Origin: a virus
UHGV virus genome: UHGV-2163177
Strand: one strand, 5' to 3'
DNA length: 15,118 nt
Below are positions 7,566 to 14,974 of this stretch, piece by piece (the stretch's first letter is position 1; each line of letters opens with the position of its first letter). Below the pieces are notes generated by a model, which did not search any database, was not told the origin of the DNA, and saw only the letters and a program-made list of their open reading frames with translations. Both the position numbers and the translations under genes were made by a program.

Positions 7566-9380
7566 TTAATTTTTGCCATCGTCATTTGTGACCGATGCAC
7601 ATGAGGGCATCCAGTCTTCTGAATCCTCTGTCAGTATCACGTTTGAACGCAAGCCATGCTTCGTTTTCCGTTTCATATACTCCCTGCCGTATTCCGCCAT
7701 TGCCCCTGGCATATCCTTACCGAAGCGTGTCAGTGTTACGGGCTTACCGAATCCGTGTGCCCTCATATACGCCAGATAGGCGTGATAGAGATACCTGCGC
7801 GGGCTGAACGGAATAATTTCAGCATTACCCACTAACAGGCCATCGCACATTACCGACGACATGAGATAGCCGCAGAAGTCCACCAGCGAATCGCCCTCGC
7901 GTTTTATCACCAAGGCTTCTTCTGATTTCTGCTGCTCATATAGCAGGCGTTTAGCTTCGTCCTGGTCAGAAAAGCGTGTAAGCAGGTGGCGAATCACTAC
8001 CGCCAGCTCTCCTTCTATTTTTTCAGCCAGCATAGGGTCACGTTCGTTCTCCGGTACAACTTCCGAAAAATTGAATATTACCCGACGACGTGATATCCCA
8101 CCGCTGCGGTCACTGAATGACATGGCGTTATTGTTCACCGCCAGCACGACCGCCTGAATGCGTGTTGAGTAGGGGGCTTTATGTTTCGGGTCGATTGCCA
8201 CCTTATCACCGCCTGTAATGGCCTTAATCCCTGCACCATCACCAGCGTAACGGGTCATATCCGGCATGATAATCAGCGAAAAGCCAACCACTAACGCACG
8301 TTCCCTGGCATCTTCCAGCGCCTTCATGCTTGCCGATACCGTGTTGGCCTTACCCGCCAGCATAGTGCAAATCTCCGCCATTACGCTTTTACCGCTTCCA
8401 CCCGGCCCCGTTACCTCAAGAAATAACTGCCAGTCGTACCGATTCGCCAGCACCATGAATAACGCCGCCAGTACGCGATCTGCCTTGCGGTCATTCTCAG
8501 CCACCGAACGGCGCAACCACTTCCAGAAATTCGGCGCATGTGTTGCCAGCGTTTCCCCCTCTGCTGGTGGGCTGAAAGGTAATTCACTGGCAATTAACAA
8601 CCAGTCGTTTTTGTTATGCTCCCGAAAATTACCAGTTCTGGTATCAAATACCCCGTTACTGAATCCAATCAGGTTACGGGCTGTATTCCCCATTACGGGC
8701 AAACTTAACTTCATGGTATCGACCGCCGATTTGATGGCGTTCTGCGAATAGCTGATTTCCGCATCAATAAAAATCTGCGCCATAGCCCGCTGTAACTCTT
8801 TATCCTGTACCGGCTCCCATACAACACCGTTGTAGTGGTGAACGGTGTCAGAATCCGCATTGATTGCCAGTTCACCGCCATAATGTGCCAGGAGAACTTC
8901 GCCGCGCTGGCTTGCTCCCATCTGGTTAAGTGCCAGTGGTGTCGCGCTGTCTTCTGTTTTTTTCTTTGCCGGAAACCGGATAATCAGTCCGTCATCAATG
9001 TTTTTACGCTCACGGGCAAGGTATTCACGCCAGTTCTCACACTTCTGGCTGTGCATGCCATCAGGGTAATAATTCGCATTCTGTATACTTGCCGCCGCCA
9101 GCTTCTGACCAATTGCCTTAACCATTACAGGATCTAACTGTCCGGCTCTGAATATGCGCGCGGATGTGCGCCCATCAGGCACTATTTGCAGATTTCCGAT
9201 CTCTTTCAGTTGTTCATCAGCCAGCACAACAGGTGGCTCATTATCTCCAGCCATACGCGCATCGTGTTCCTGCCATTGTTTCGCGTGTGCCCAGGCATCA
9301 CTACCCGCGAAAATAATTACCTCTGTGTCTTTGTGTTTTATTCCGCGTGGCTGTTTTTTTACGTTCGGTGCCAGTTTCAT
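7566..9380 (-). CDS. P4-family primase/helicase-like protein, 604 aa (P4 alpha-like helicase and origin-binding region; the N-terminal primase domain appears to be missing)
   Basis: Walker A TGPGGSGKS; IKAITGGDKVAIDPKHKAPY...RRRVIFNFS matches the P4-family primase C-terminal (SF3 helicase) pattern; GGGGGG SD; start overlaps upstream stop. Confidence 0.85.
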   Translation of the reverse strand: MKLAPNVKKQPRGIKHKDTEVIIFAGSDAWAHAKQWQEHDARMAGDNEPPVVLADEQLKEIGNLQIVPDGRTSARIFRAGQLDPVMVKAIGQKLAAASIQNANYYPDGMHSQKCENWREYLARERKNIDDGLIIRFPAKKKTEDSATPLALNQMGASQRGEVLLAHYGGELAINADSDTVHHYNGVVWEPVQDKELQRAMAQIFIDAEISYSQNAIKSAVDTMKLSLPVMGNTARNLIGFSNGVFDTRTGNFREHNKNDWLLIASELPFSPPAEGETLATHAPNFWKWLRRSVAENDRKADRVLAALFMVLANRYDWQLFLEVTGPGGSGKSVMAEICTMLAGKANTVSASMKALEDARERALVVGFSLIIMPDMTRYAGDGAGIKAITGGDKVAIDPKHKAPYSTRIQAVVLAVNNNAMSFSDRSGGISRRRVIFNFSEVVPENERDPMLAEKIEGELAVVIRHLLTRFSDQDEAKRLLYEQQKSEEALVIKREGDSLVDFCGYLMSSVMCDGLLVGNAEIIPFSPRRYLYHAYLAYMRAHGFGKPVTLTRFGKDMPGAMAEYGREYMKRKTKHGLRSNVILTEDSEDWMPSCASVTNDDGKN

Positions 9381-9619
9381 TTTTTCCCCCCTGCAACCAG
9401 CATTTCACGGATTTTGCGGATATAGCTTGCTGCACGTTTTTGATTTACGGCTTTATAATGGTCCACCAGCGTAAAATCACGGCGGTAGGTGATATTGCCT
9501 GGCGTAACGTGACGAATAACCACTCGTCCCCCACGTCTGGTGTCGCGGTAAATATCTCCGAGTCTGATTTCAGGCCGAGAGAGACCGCTGGCAGTAAAGC
9601 CAGAATTTTTCTTTTTCAT
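9377..9619 (-). CDS. Hypothetical protein, 80 aa
   Basis: ORF in the operon; its stop overlaps the helicase start codon. Confidence 0.45.
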   Translation of the reverse strand: MKKKNSGFTASGLSRPEIRLGDIYRDTRRGGRVVIRHVTPGNITYRRDFTLVDHYKAVNQKRAASYIRKIREMLVAGGKK

Positions 9620-9623
9620 GGTT

Positions 9624-9824
9624 TTATTTTCCTGTCAGCAGTTCCGGTTTTATTTCCGCACGAATACAGAGTTCAGAAAAAAATTCAGGAGAACCAACAA
9701 TCTCATTACTTTTCAGTCGGCATTGTGATTTCACTTTCCCTTTATCCAGGTAAACCAGTACGCGTCCGGTGAAATCATCTGGCACATTAAGCACTACGGG
9801 TACATGCGCTTCATGATTATGCAT
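9624..9824 (-). CDS. Hypothetical protein, 66 aa
   Basis: ATG with GGAGG SD; overlaps the end of the upstream gene by 8 nt. Confidence 0.5.
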   Translation of the reverse strand: MHNHEAHVPVVLNVPDDFTGRVLVYLDKGKVKSQCRLKSNEIVGSPEFFSELCIRAEIKPELLTGK

Positions 9825-10050
9825 GGCTTACATCCTCCGTGAATTTTCTTCTGTAACGCGCCTCTGCCACATATTCCGCATAGTCCGACGCAATACTAAG
9901 AATCATTTCACCCTCTGACTTGTAGCCACTGGTATTGATAAGAAAATATGCAGCTTTCATCATGTCAGCAACGCTCAACAATGCGCCCGCTGCATCTTCC
10001 GGTGCGCCATCAAATTCCCGTTTCAGGGAATTAAAACGATCATCACGCAT
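9817..10050 (-). CDS. Hypothetical protein, 77 aa
   Basis: Internal ATG at 10050 with GGGGGG SD; the longer form in the ORF track lacks an SD. Confidence 0.5.
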   Translation of the reverse strand: MRDDRFNSLKREFDGAPEDAAGALLSVADMMKAAYFLINTSGYKSEGEMILSIASDYAEYVAEARYRRKFTEDVSHA

Positions 10051-10052
10051 GT

Positions 10053-10409
10053 TTACCCCCCCTGAATGACCTGATAACCGCAACTGGTCAGCAATTCGAT
10101 AAATTCCGGCAGTGTGCCGAAACAGCAATCATCACGCAGACGTTCGCGGGATACTTCAACGCCGTTTTCGTAGTGACTCACCATGCGTCCGGTAAAATGC
10201 AGATCATCATCGTGATGGCACGTTAACGGCTTAATCAGTCGCGCACGTTCTGCCAGTTCCAGCAATGCTTCAACGCTTCCGGCAATTGCACCATCCGGCA
10301 GGTGATAATTACTTACCACGCGTCCATTCTCCACGTTGACCAGTAGCTGCCCGGAAAATATCTCGTCAAACTGAATGCTGTTAAGGTCAGAAATTGACAG
10401 GTTATGCAT
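10053..10409 (-). CDS. Hypothetical protein, 118 aa
   Basis: ATG at 10409 with AGGAGG SD at 6-nt spacing. Confidence 0.55.
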   Translation of the reverse strand: MHNLSISDLNSIQFDEIFSGQLLVNVENGRVVSNYHLPDGAIAGSVEALLELAERARLIKPLTCHHDDDLHFTGRMVSHYENGVEVSRERLRDDCCFGTLPEFIELLTSCGYQVIQGG

Positions 10410-10626
10410 GGTGCACCTCCTGCACATCAGCCATGATAATTTTTCCGGCCTTATCCAGTGCCTGATCGGCTTTTAGCTGCACAAATGCTAAATAATGGGA
10501 GATGCATTCTGATTCTCTGGCTGCGTGTTTATGCGCCACACCAGCGATAGCAGAAATCTCAATAAGTGAATCCATCAGCGTTTTGATAGCGTCTACCGCT
10601 GCATCAGGCCATGTTGCATTACACAT
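10402..10626 (-). CDS. Hypothetical protein, 74 aa
   Basis: ATG at 10626 with AGGAGG SD at 6-nt spacing; overlaps the downstream gene start. Confidence 0.5.
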   Translation of the reverse strand: MCNATWPDAAVDAIKTLMDSLIEISAIAGVAHKHAARESECISHYLAFVQLKADQALDKAGKIIMADVQEVHHA

Positions 10627-10822
10627 GTTCCACCTCCTGGCGAATGCGGGCAGCGAATACCATCACGCAGCCATCAGGAGATTGCTGGCGTGCTTCCTGT
10701 TCGCTGGTGGCCTCGATGTGAATTACACGCGGTTGTGCTGTGCTCAGGGCGATAAAACGCCAGATATATTTATTCAGGTTGTGCGAGTCCCGCCCTTGCG
10801 GGTGTGTGGTATGATTTCTCAT
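10619..10822 (-). CDS. Hypothetical protein, 67 aa; first gene of the leftward operon
   Basis: C-terminal part of track ORF 10619..11470; ATG at 10822 with GAGG SD. The rest of the long ORF runs across the divergent promoter and the opposite-strand RHH gene. Confidence 0.45.
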   Translation of the reverse strand: MRNHTTHPQGRDSHNLNKYIWRFIALSTAQPRVIHIEATSEQEARQQSPDGCVMVFAARIRQEVEHV

Positions 10823-10903
10823 AGCTACCTCGATACTTCTGCTATCGTTGGTGGTTAGACGCCCTGCATGTGTTGCGAGCACTGCGGGGCGTTGCTCTTT
10901 CAG

Positions 10904-10949
10904 GTGTATTTCACCTTTGCTTTTTAATTTACTCACTGGTGAAATACAC
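10904..10949. promoter_or_regulatory. Putative operator: perfect 12-bp inverted repeat gtgtatttcacc / ggtgaaatacac with 22-bp spacer, in the divergent promoter region
   Basis: Arms at 10904-10915 and 10938-10949; a leftward -35-like TTGAAG overlaps the right arm; a rightward -10-like TATACT lies near 10981. Confidence 0.5.
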
Positions 10950-11015
10950 TTCAAGCCTTTTTTTATCATTTTTTTTGCGTATACTGACATACACCAATTT
11001 TTAGGAGATCCAGAA

Positions 11016-11195
11016 ATGGCAACTGGTGCAAAGAACGCAAAATCACAAATGACAACTGTCAGAATCCCACATGAAGTAATGGATGATATTGAGCAACTTA
11101 AAGAACCTGGCGAAAGTACCGCTGGTTTTTTAGTTACTGCCGCAAAAGGCGAGATCAAACGCCGCCAGCGGCGCAAGGCCAAAGAACAGGAGTAG
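11016..11195 (+). CDS. Small ribbon-helix-helix-like DNA-binding protein, 59 aa (candidate element repressor)
   Basis: ATG with AGGAG SD; TTVRIPHEVMDDIEQL resembles an RHH beta-strand/helix start; basic C-terminal tail; only supported plus-strand gene in the element. Confidence 0.5.
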   Translation: MATGAKNAKSQMTTVRIPHEVMDDIEQLKEPGESTAGFLVTAAKGEIKRRQRRKAKEQE

Positions 11196-11462
11196 TTGAT
11201 TAGCGCCGGGCGCCCAGAAAAAATCGTATCAGTCGCGCCACCAGCAAAATTTTTTGCTTTCCGGACGGCGTGGCCAACGGCATTTTGCAGCAAAATATTC
11301 TGCATTTCTGGCGTACTGTGGCGACGGTGATCAGCGCCTTCACATTGAACGAACTTGTCGCTAAAATTCACCCATATAGCAAACATCGCGGTGCTGTAGG
11401 TAATTCGTTCACAAAGGCGCTCCGGCAACGGGGCGCTTTCTCTTTTTGTAACGGTCAGAGCG

Positions 11463-12263
11463 TTACACATGGCTGTTTTCCTCCATGCGACGGGCTAACC
11501 AACGCTGCGAAAGGCGAATTAATTCCGCTTTCCGCTGGTGGTAGTCCTGGCCTAACTCAATCAGCGTGATATTGCTCTGCTCAAGGTAAGAAAGGTGCTC
11601 AAGCTGCAACGTGCTCATGTGGTCGCGTGGTTCGCCTGTAATGCCGTTCGCCTGTGCCCACTGTTTTGCAGTCATGCCACCCAGCACGATACGCGCCAGC
11701 ATATTGGCTTCCGTGGTGTAGTGGTGCTGGAACGTGTTTTTACCCAGTTCAGCCCGGTACGCCTCCAGCGCGGCACACATCGGCTTAAAGTAGCTGGCAA
11801 CGGTGATACGGGCTTTCAGTTCCCGGCGTAACGCTGCGGAACGCACTGGCGCTACCTTGTGTAGCTCCTCCTCGCATTTGATGAAGTACTGACGAACGGC
11901 ACGGCCCTGTTCGGTGCGTTCGACCATCGCCAGTTCTTTTGCCATGTTCACGGTGATGATGTACTCAAGAGCTGTTTGCTGGCGAGATTTTGCGCTCACC
12001 GGATCGGGTCGGCTCAAATATTCAACAACCTCATAATCCACGCCTTCCGTGAAGCCGTATTCTTCAATGCGCCCCTTGATCCACGAACGGAAAACGCGCC
12101 CTACACCTAACGCCTTATGCAACGCTCTGGCACTAACAATATTGGTTTCACGCCCGCCAATAACGCCGGAAATAACCGGGATAATTTCACCAAAATTTTG
12201 CAGATTCTGGTTTTCAGGCCGAACGAAGCCCTGCCCCTGTACGGGCGTTTTTGGAAATTTCAT
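11463..12263 (-). CDS. Phage antirepressor, AntA/AntB N-terminal domain family, 266 aa
   Basis: NIVSARALHKALGVGRVFRSWIKGRIEEYGFTEGVDY matches the AntA/AntB pattern; AGGAG SD 7 nt upstream of the ATG. Confidence 0.75.
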   Translation of the reverse strand: MKFPKTPVQGQGFVRPENQNLQNFGEIIPVISGVIGGRETNIVSARALHKALGVGRVFRSWIKGRIEEYGFTEGVDYEVVEYLSRPDPVSAKSRQQTALEYIITVNMAKELAMVERTEQGRAVRQYFIKCEEELHKVAPVRSAALRRELKARITVASYFKPMCAALEAYRAELGKNTFQHHYTTEANMLARIVLGGMTAKQWAQANGITGEPRDHMSTLQLEHLSYLEQSNITLIELGQDYHQRKAELIRLSQRWLARRMEENSHV

Positions 12264-12342
12264 AAAAAACTCCTGCTATCGAATCTGGTTAATTGCTGTT
12301 TGATGGTGGATAGCTGGGGCGCCTGGTCCCGTAGCTGTTTTA

Positions 12343-12561
12343 TCAGGCTGATGTGTTTCGGCGTTCTTCCAGCCAGCGATTAATCTCTACCGCATCGAAT
12401 GCAGTGCTTTTCTCACCCAGTTTGATGGGCTTAGGCATCTTCCCGCTACGTACCCAACGATCGAGCGTTGATAAGCTGGTACCCAGCAATTCAGCCAGGC
12501 GATAGCGGCGGATATAGCCAGTTGCAGGGATTGCGGTTTGAAGTATTGGTTGGTTTTTCAT
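12343..12561 (-). CDS. AlpA-family transcriptional regulator/excisionase-like protein, 72 aa (start may be 12570)
   Basis: YIRRYRLAELLGTSLSTLDRWVRSGKMPKPIKLGEKSTAFDAVEINRWL is the typical AlpA/Vis HTH pattern; the N-terminal extension in the ORF track is unlikely. Confidence 0.7.
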   Translation of the reverse strand: MKNQPILQTAIPATGYIRRYRLAELLGTSLSTLDRWVRSGKMPKPIKLGEKSTAFDAVEINRWLEERRNTSA

Positions 12562-12673
12562 ATGCCCCATTACCTTTGTTGTTGGTTTGTGATTTGTAAT
12601 AGGGGCATTAAATAACAAATGAAATGATGTGTGTGTGAGTTTTAGAAAAAACACTGTGACTTTTCTTATTTCA

Positions 12674-13456
12674 CTATCTAAAACGCTCTCGCCAGCTTTT
12701 CCAAGTGTTCTTATCTGGTTGTGGGATTACAATGCCTTTTTGAGCACCTATTTGTGCAATTTTTTTATTTAACTTGTTAGGCGGCAAAGATATTATCTCA
12801 TTGTCTGTTAACCCGGCAATTCTTAATAATCCATATATCATTTTAAATTGATGTATTGTTAATCTTGGTAACTTGTGATTTTCTTTTTTTATAGTGTTGT
12901 TTATGGAGTAAATTGGAAATCCATTTGTTATTGATTTATAAAGGTTGTCAATGTGCTCTCTGGTTATTAATAATGAATCAGGTGTAATCTTAATGTTGCC
13001 GCTTGTTTTTGCATGGCATGAAAAAATAAATGTGGGATTCGCAGTGCGACGTGAAAGCGGTATGGATGTATTCATAGAGATAGTTTTGTTTCTTACTATA
13101 GTCTCTTGAATATCAAAAACTCCAGAAACCTTTGCCTCAAAAATAACACCATTTTCTTTTATTTCATCACTATATTCATGAATAATTATGCCAAGAGAGG
13201 AAATTTCTTTTTTGATGAGAAAAGAAATAAAATCAATATAGTCTTCATCCTTTGGCCATGTAAAATCACGATAACCAAAATACCCCTCACAGTAAGCATT
13301 TTTTATTTTTGTGGCAAAATTAATTCTGTTAATATCCTGCCAATGCCATAAATCATCTATTTCACATTCTAAAATTTGAGCTGCTCTATCTAAAGAGCAG
13401 AATTCTAATGGAGGTAATTGTTTTTTTTGCCATATTGTTTCATTAATATTTGTCAT
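12674..13456 (-). CDS. Hypothetical protein, 260 aa, strongly AT-rich orphan between int and the alpA-like gene
   Basis: Long uninterrupted ORF with A/T-biased codons (Ile/Asn/Lys-rich); no family recognised by eye; weak SD. Confidence 0.6.
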   Translation of the reverse strand: MTNINETIWQKKQLPPLEFCSLDRAAQILECEIDDLWHWQDINRINFATKIKNAYCEGYFGYRDFTWPKDEDYIDFISFLIKKEISSLGIIIHEYSDEIKENGVIFEAKVSGVFDIQETIVRNKTISMNTSIPLSRRTANPTFIFSCHAKTSGNIKITPDSLLITREHIDNLYKSITNGFPIYSINNTIKKENHKLPRLTIHQFKMIYGLLRIAGLTDNEIISLPPNKLNKKIAQIGAQKGIVIPQPDKNTWKSWRERFR

Positions 13457-13512
13457 GATTGCACTACCGTTATGAAAAAATATATTCGTTAATGAATTAG
13501 CCTTAATGTCTA

Positions 13513-14766
13513 TTATTTATTAGATTGCGTGATGTCAGAACATATCATGTTTTCTAAATTCACCAGCAAATCAGTCCATTGTGCTAGTGCCGCTTTGCGC
13601 TCATCAAAATATTGATGGCGGTTATAAATGCCCTCTACGCCTTTTATGCGGTGGTTAAGGCATCGTTCAGCAACGATCGGGTCAACTCCCAATGCTGCTA
13701 AATGTGTTCGTGCTGTTCGCCGGAAGTCGTGAATTGTAAAGTTGGGGACGTTCGGCATTTCTGCTCTGACTTTTGCCAATGCAACAGGAAGGGTGCTTTC
13801 CTGGATGTGAGGGATCATTCTGTGCTGCATTTTTCTGGCAGGTAATACCCATGCGCTATTGCATGAAAATGTATGCAATTCTCGCAACCATTCTATAGCC
13901 GCTGGTGGCAATGGTATGTCGATAGCATCACCATTTTTAGTTCGTTGTTCTGGTAGATGCCAAATCGCGCCATCTAAGTCGAATTCATCCCACTTGGCGG
14001 CGCATAATTCCATTTTTCTGACACACAACGCCAGGAGCAACTTAAAGGTTAATTCGTTCTGGCGGCTGAATCCTTTGGCTTTACGCATTGCCTGAAAAAA
14101 TTGGATTAATTCGTCCCGGTTCAGCCAACGATCACGAGATAATTCTTTCCCACCAGCATCTGAAACTTCGAAAGCTGAGCAGGGGTTAACTTCCAAAGCA
14201 AGGCGTTTAATACCGTAGTCAAATATGCGACGTGTCCAGCGAAGAACGTCAGTAGCAATTGTTGGAGCGCCTCTATCAACAATACTTTTAAGCATAGCAT
14301 CAATATGGCGTGGTTTTACATCTTCAACCTTCATGTGGCCTATGGCTGGATTTATGTCTTTATCAATGCGCCTACGGAGAATATCTGGGTGTTTCCACCG
14401 GGGAAGTATTTGCCGTTCAAAGTATTCGGCGGCAAGTTCAGAAACGTGCAGCGCGTTTTTTTCGGCTTCTATTTTTGCCAGTGCTTCGGCTTTACGCTGC
14501 TGTTTTTCTGCGGCTACGTCATATCCCAAAGCAACTCGTGCGGAAAGTTCTTTTGCCCGTTCCCTCGCTTTTGATAACGATAATTCAGAATATGAACCAA
14601 TAAGCATGGCACGAGATTTTCCTGCTAGTTTATATCGAAACCGCCAGGTAGGGGATCTATCCACCTCTCTATACCGGAGATATAGCCCACCACCATCAGC
14701 ACGACCTTCGAAATGTTCTCCGGCTTTTATCCATGCGCGGATCTGCATATCTGTGAGTTTTGGCAT
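13513..14766 (-). CDS. int: Tyrosine integrase, P4-type (IntA/IntS-like), 417 aa
   Basis: N-terminal arm-binding-type domain (GGGLYLRYREV...WRFRYK); C-terminal catalytic region with HDFRRTARTHL and conserved Tyr region; located just inside attR. Confidence 0.9.
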   Translation of the reverse strand: MPKLTDMQIRAWIKAGEHFEGRADGGGLYLRYREVDRSPTWRFRYKLAGKSRAMLIGSYSELSLSKARERAKELSARVALGYDVAAEKQQRKAEALAKIEAEKNALHVSELAAEYFERQILPRWKHPDILRRRIDKDINPAIGHMKVEDVKPRHIDAMLKSIVDRGAPTIATDVLRWTRRIFDYGIKRLALEVNPCSAFEVSDAGGKELSRDRWLNRDELIQFFQAMRKAKGFSRQNELTFKLLLALCVRKMELCAAKWDEFDLDGAIWHLPEQRTKNGDAIDIPLPPAAIEWLRELHTFSCNSAWVLPARKMQHRMIPHIQESTLPVALAKVRAEMPNVPNFTIHDFRRTARTHLAALGVDPIVAERCLNHRIKGVEGIYNRHQYFDERKAALAQWTDLLVNLENMICSDITQSNK

Positions 14767-14793
14767 TTTCGTGTATCCAGACGTTGAAAACTT

Positions 14794-14848
14794 GGTGTAC
14801 CCAAACGTTTGGACTTAAAGCGTGATGTGTACACCTTTGGGTACACTG
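14794..14848. promoter_or_regulatory. Cluster of short palindromes/repeats upstream of int (ccaaacgtttgg, gtgtacac, tttgggtacac); candidate Int arm-type or regulatory sites
   Basis: 12-bp palindrome at 14801-14812, 8-bp palindrome at 14828-14835. The 12-mer atgtgtacacct (14825-14836) recurs at 1481-1492 at the other end of the element. Confidence 0.4.
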
Positions 14849-14891
14849 TTATCATGCGCTTTAGTCGTTCCTTATGAGTGTTCATGATAAC

Positions 14892-14914
14892 AAAAAAGCC
14901 CGAAAAAATCGGGC
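14892..14914 (-). terminator. Rho-independent terminator carried by the element, now sitting just downstream of yicC
   Basis: Stem gcccga/tcgggc with 5-nt loop (14898-14914), followed on the minus strand by a 6-U run (plus-strand A-run 14892-14897). Confidence 0.6.
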
Positions 14915-14953
14915 CTTTAAGTGTTTGGGATTTTTGATGAAAGTCAATAAATC

Positions 14954-14974
14954 GTTACTCAATATTCTGAATCT
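14954..14974. repeat. attR core: 21-bp direct repeat gttactcaatattctgaatct overlapping the yicC stop codon
   Basis: Identical to 1386..1406; encodes the last yicC codons (...QIQNIE-stop) on the minus strand. Confidence 0.75.

Larger units (their letters stand above)
1386..14974. mobile_element. Integrative element (P4-related satellite/island) inserted at the 3' end of yicC, ~13.6 kb
   Basis: Flanking 21-bp direct repeats; integrase just inside the right end; AlpA-like, antirepressor, P4-family helicase and TGTTCACC iterons inside; core genes dinD and yicC outside. Confidence 0.8.

Noticed and set aside
10619-11470. 283-aa minus-strand ORF in the track
   Set aside because: It runs through the divergent promoter and across the opposite-strand RHH gene, and its N-terminal 216 aa look like low-complexity read-through. 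Only the C-terminal 67 aa (10619..10822, with its own SD) are kept.
11270-11569. 99-aa plus-strand ORF
   Set aside because: No SD; overlaps the 3' end of the antirepressor gene on the opposite strand; lies in the convergent intergenic region.
14225-14818. 197-aa plus-strand ORF
   Set aside because: Entirely antisense to the well-supported integrase gene; Ser/Ala/Cys-rich composition typical of antisense frames.
14767-14953. tRNA or tmRNA gene at the integration site, as expected for P4-type integrases
   Set aside because: No cloverleaf-compatible sequence or conserved T-loop/CCA features at either end; the direct repeat instead overlaps the 3' end of the yicC coding sequence.
1386-14974. 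Insertion sequence or transposon as the mobile unit
   Set aside because: No transposase-like ORF and no terminal inverted repeats at the element ends; the boundaries are 21-bp direct repeats with a tyrosine integrase, which indicates site-specific recombination.
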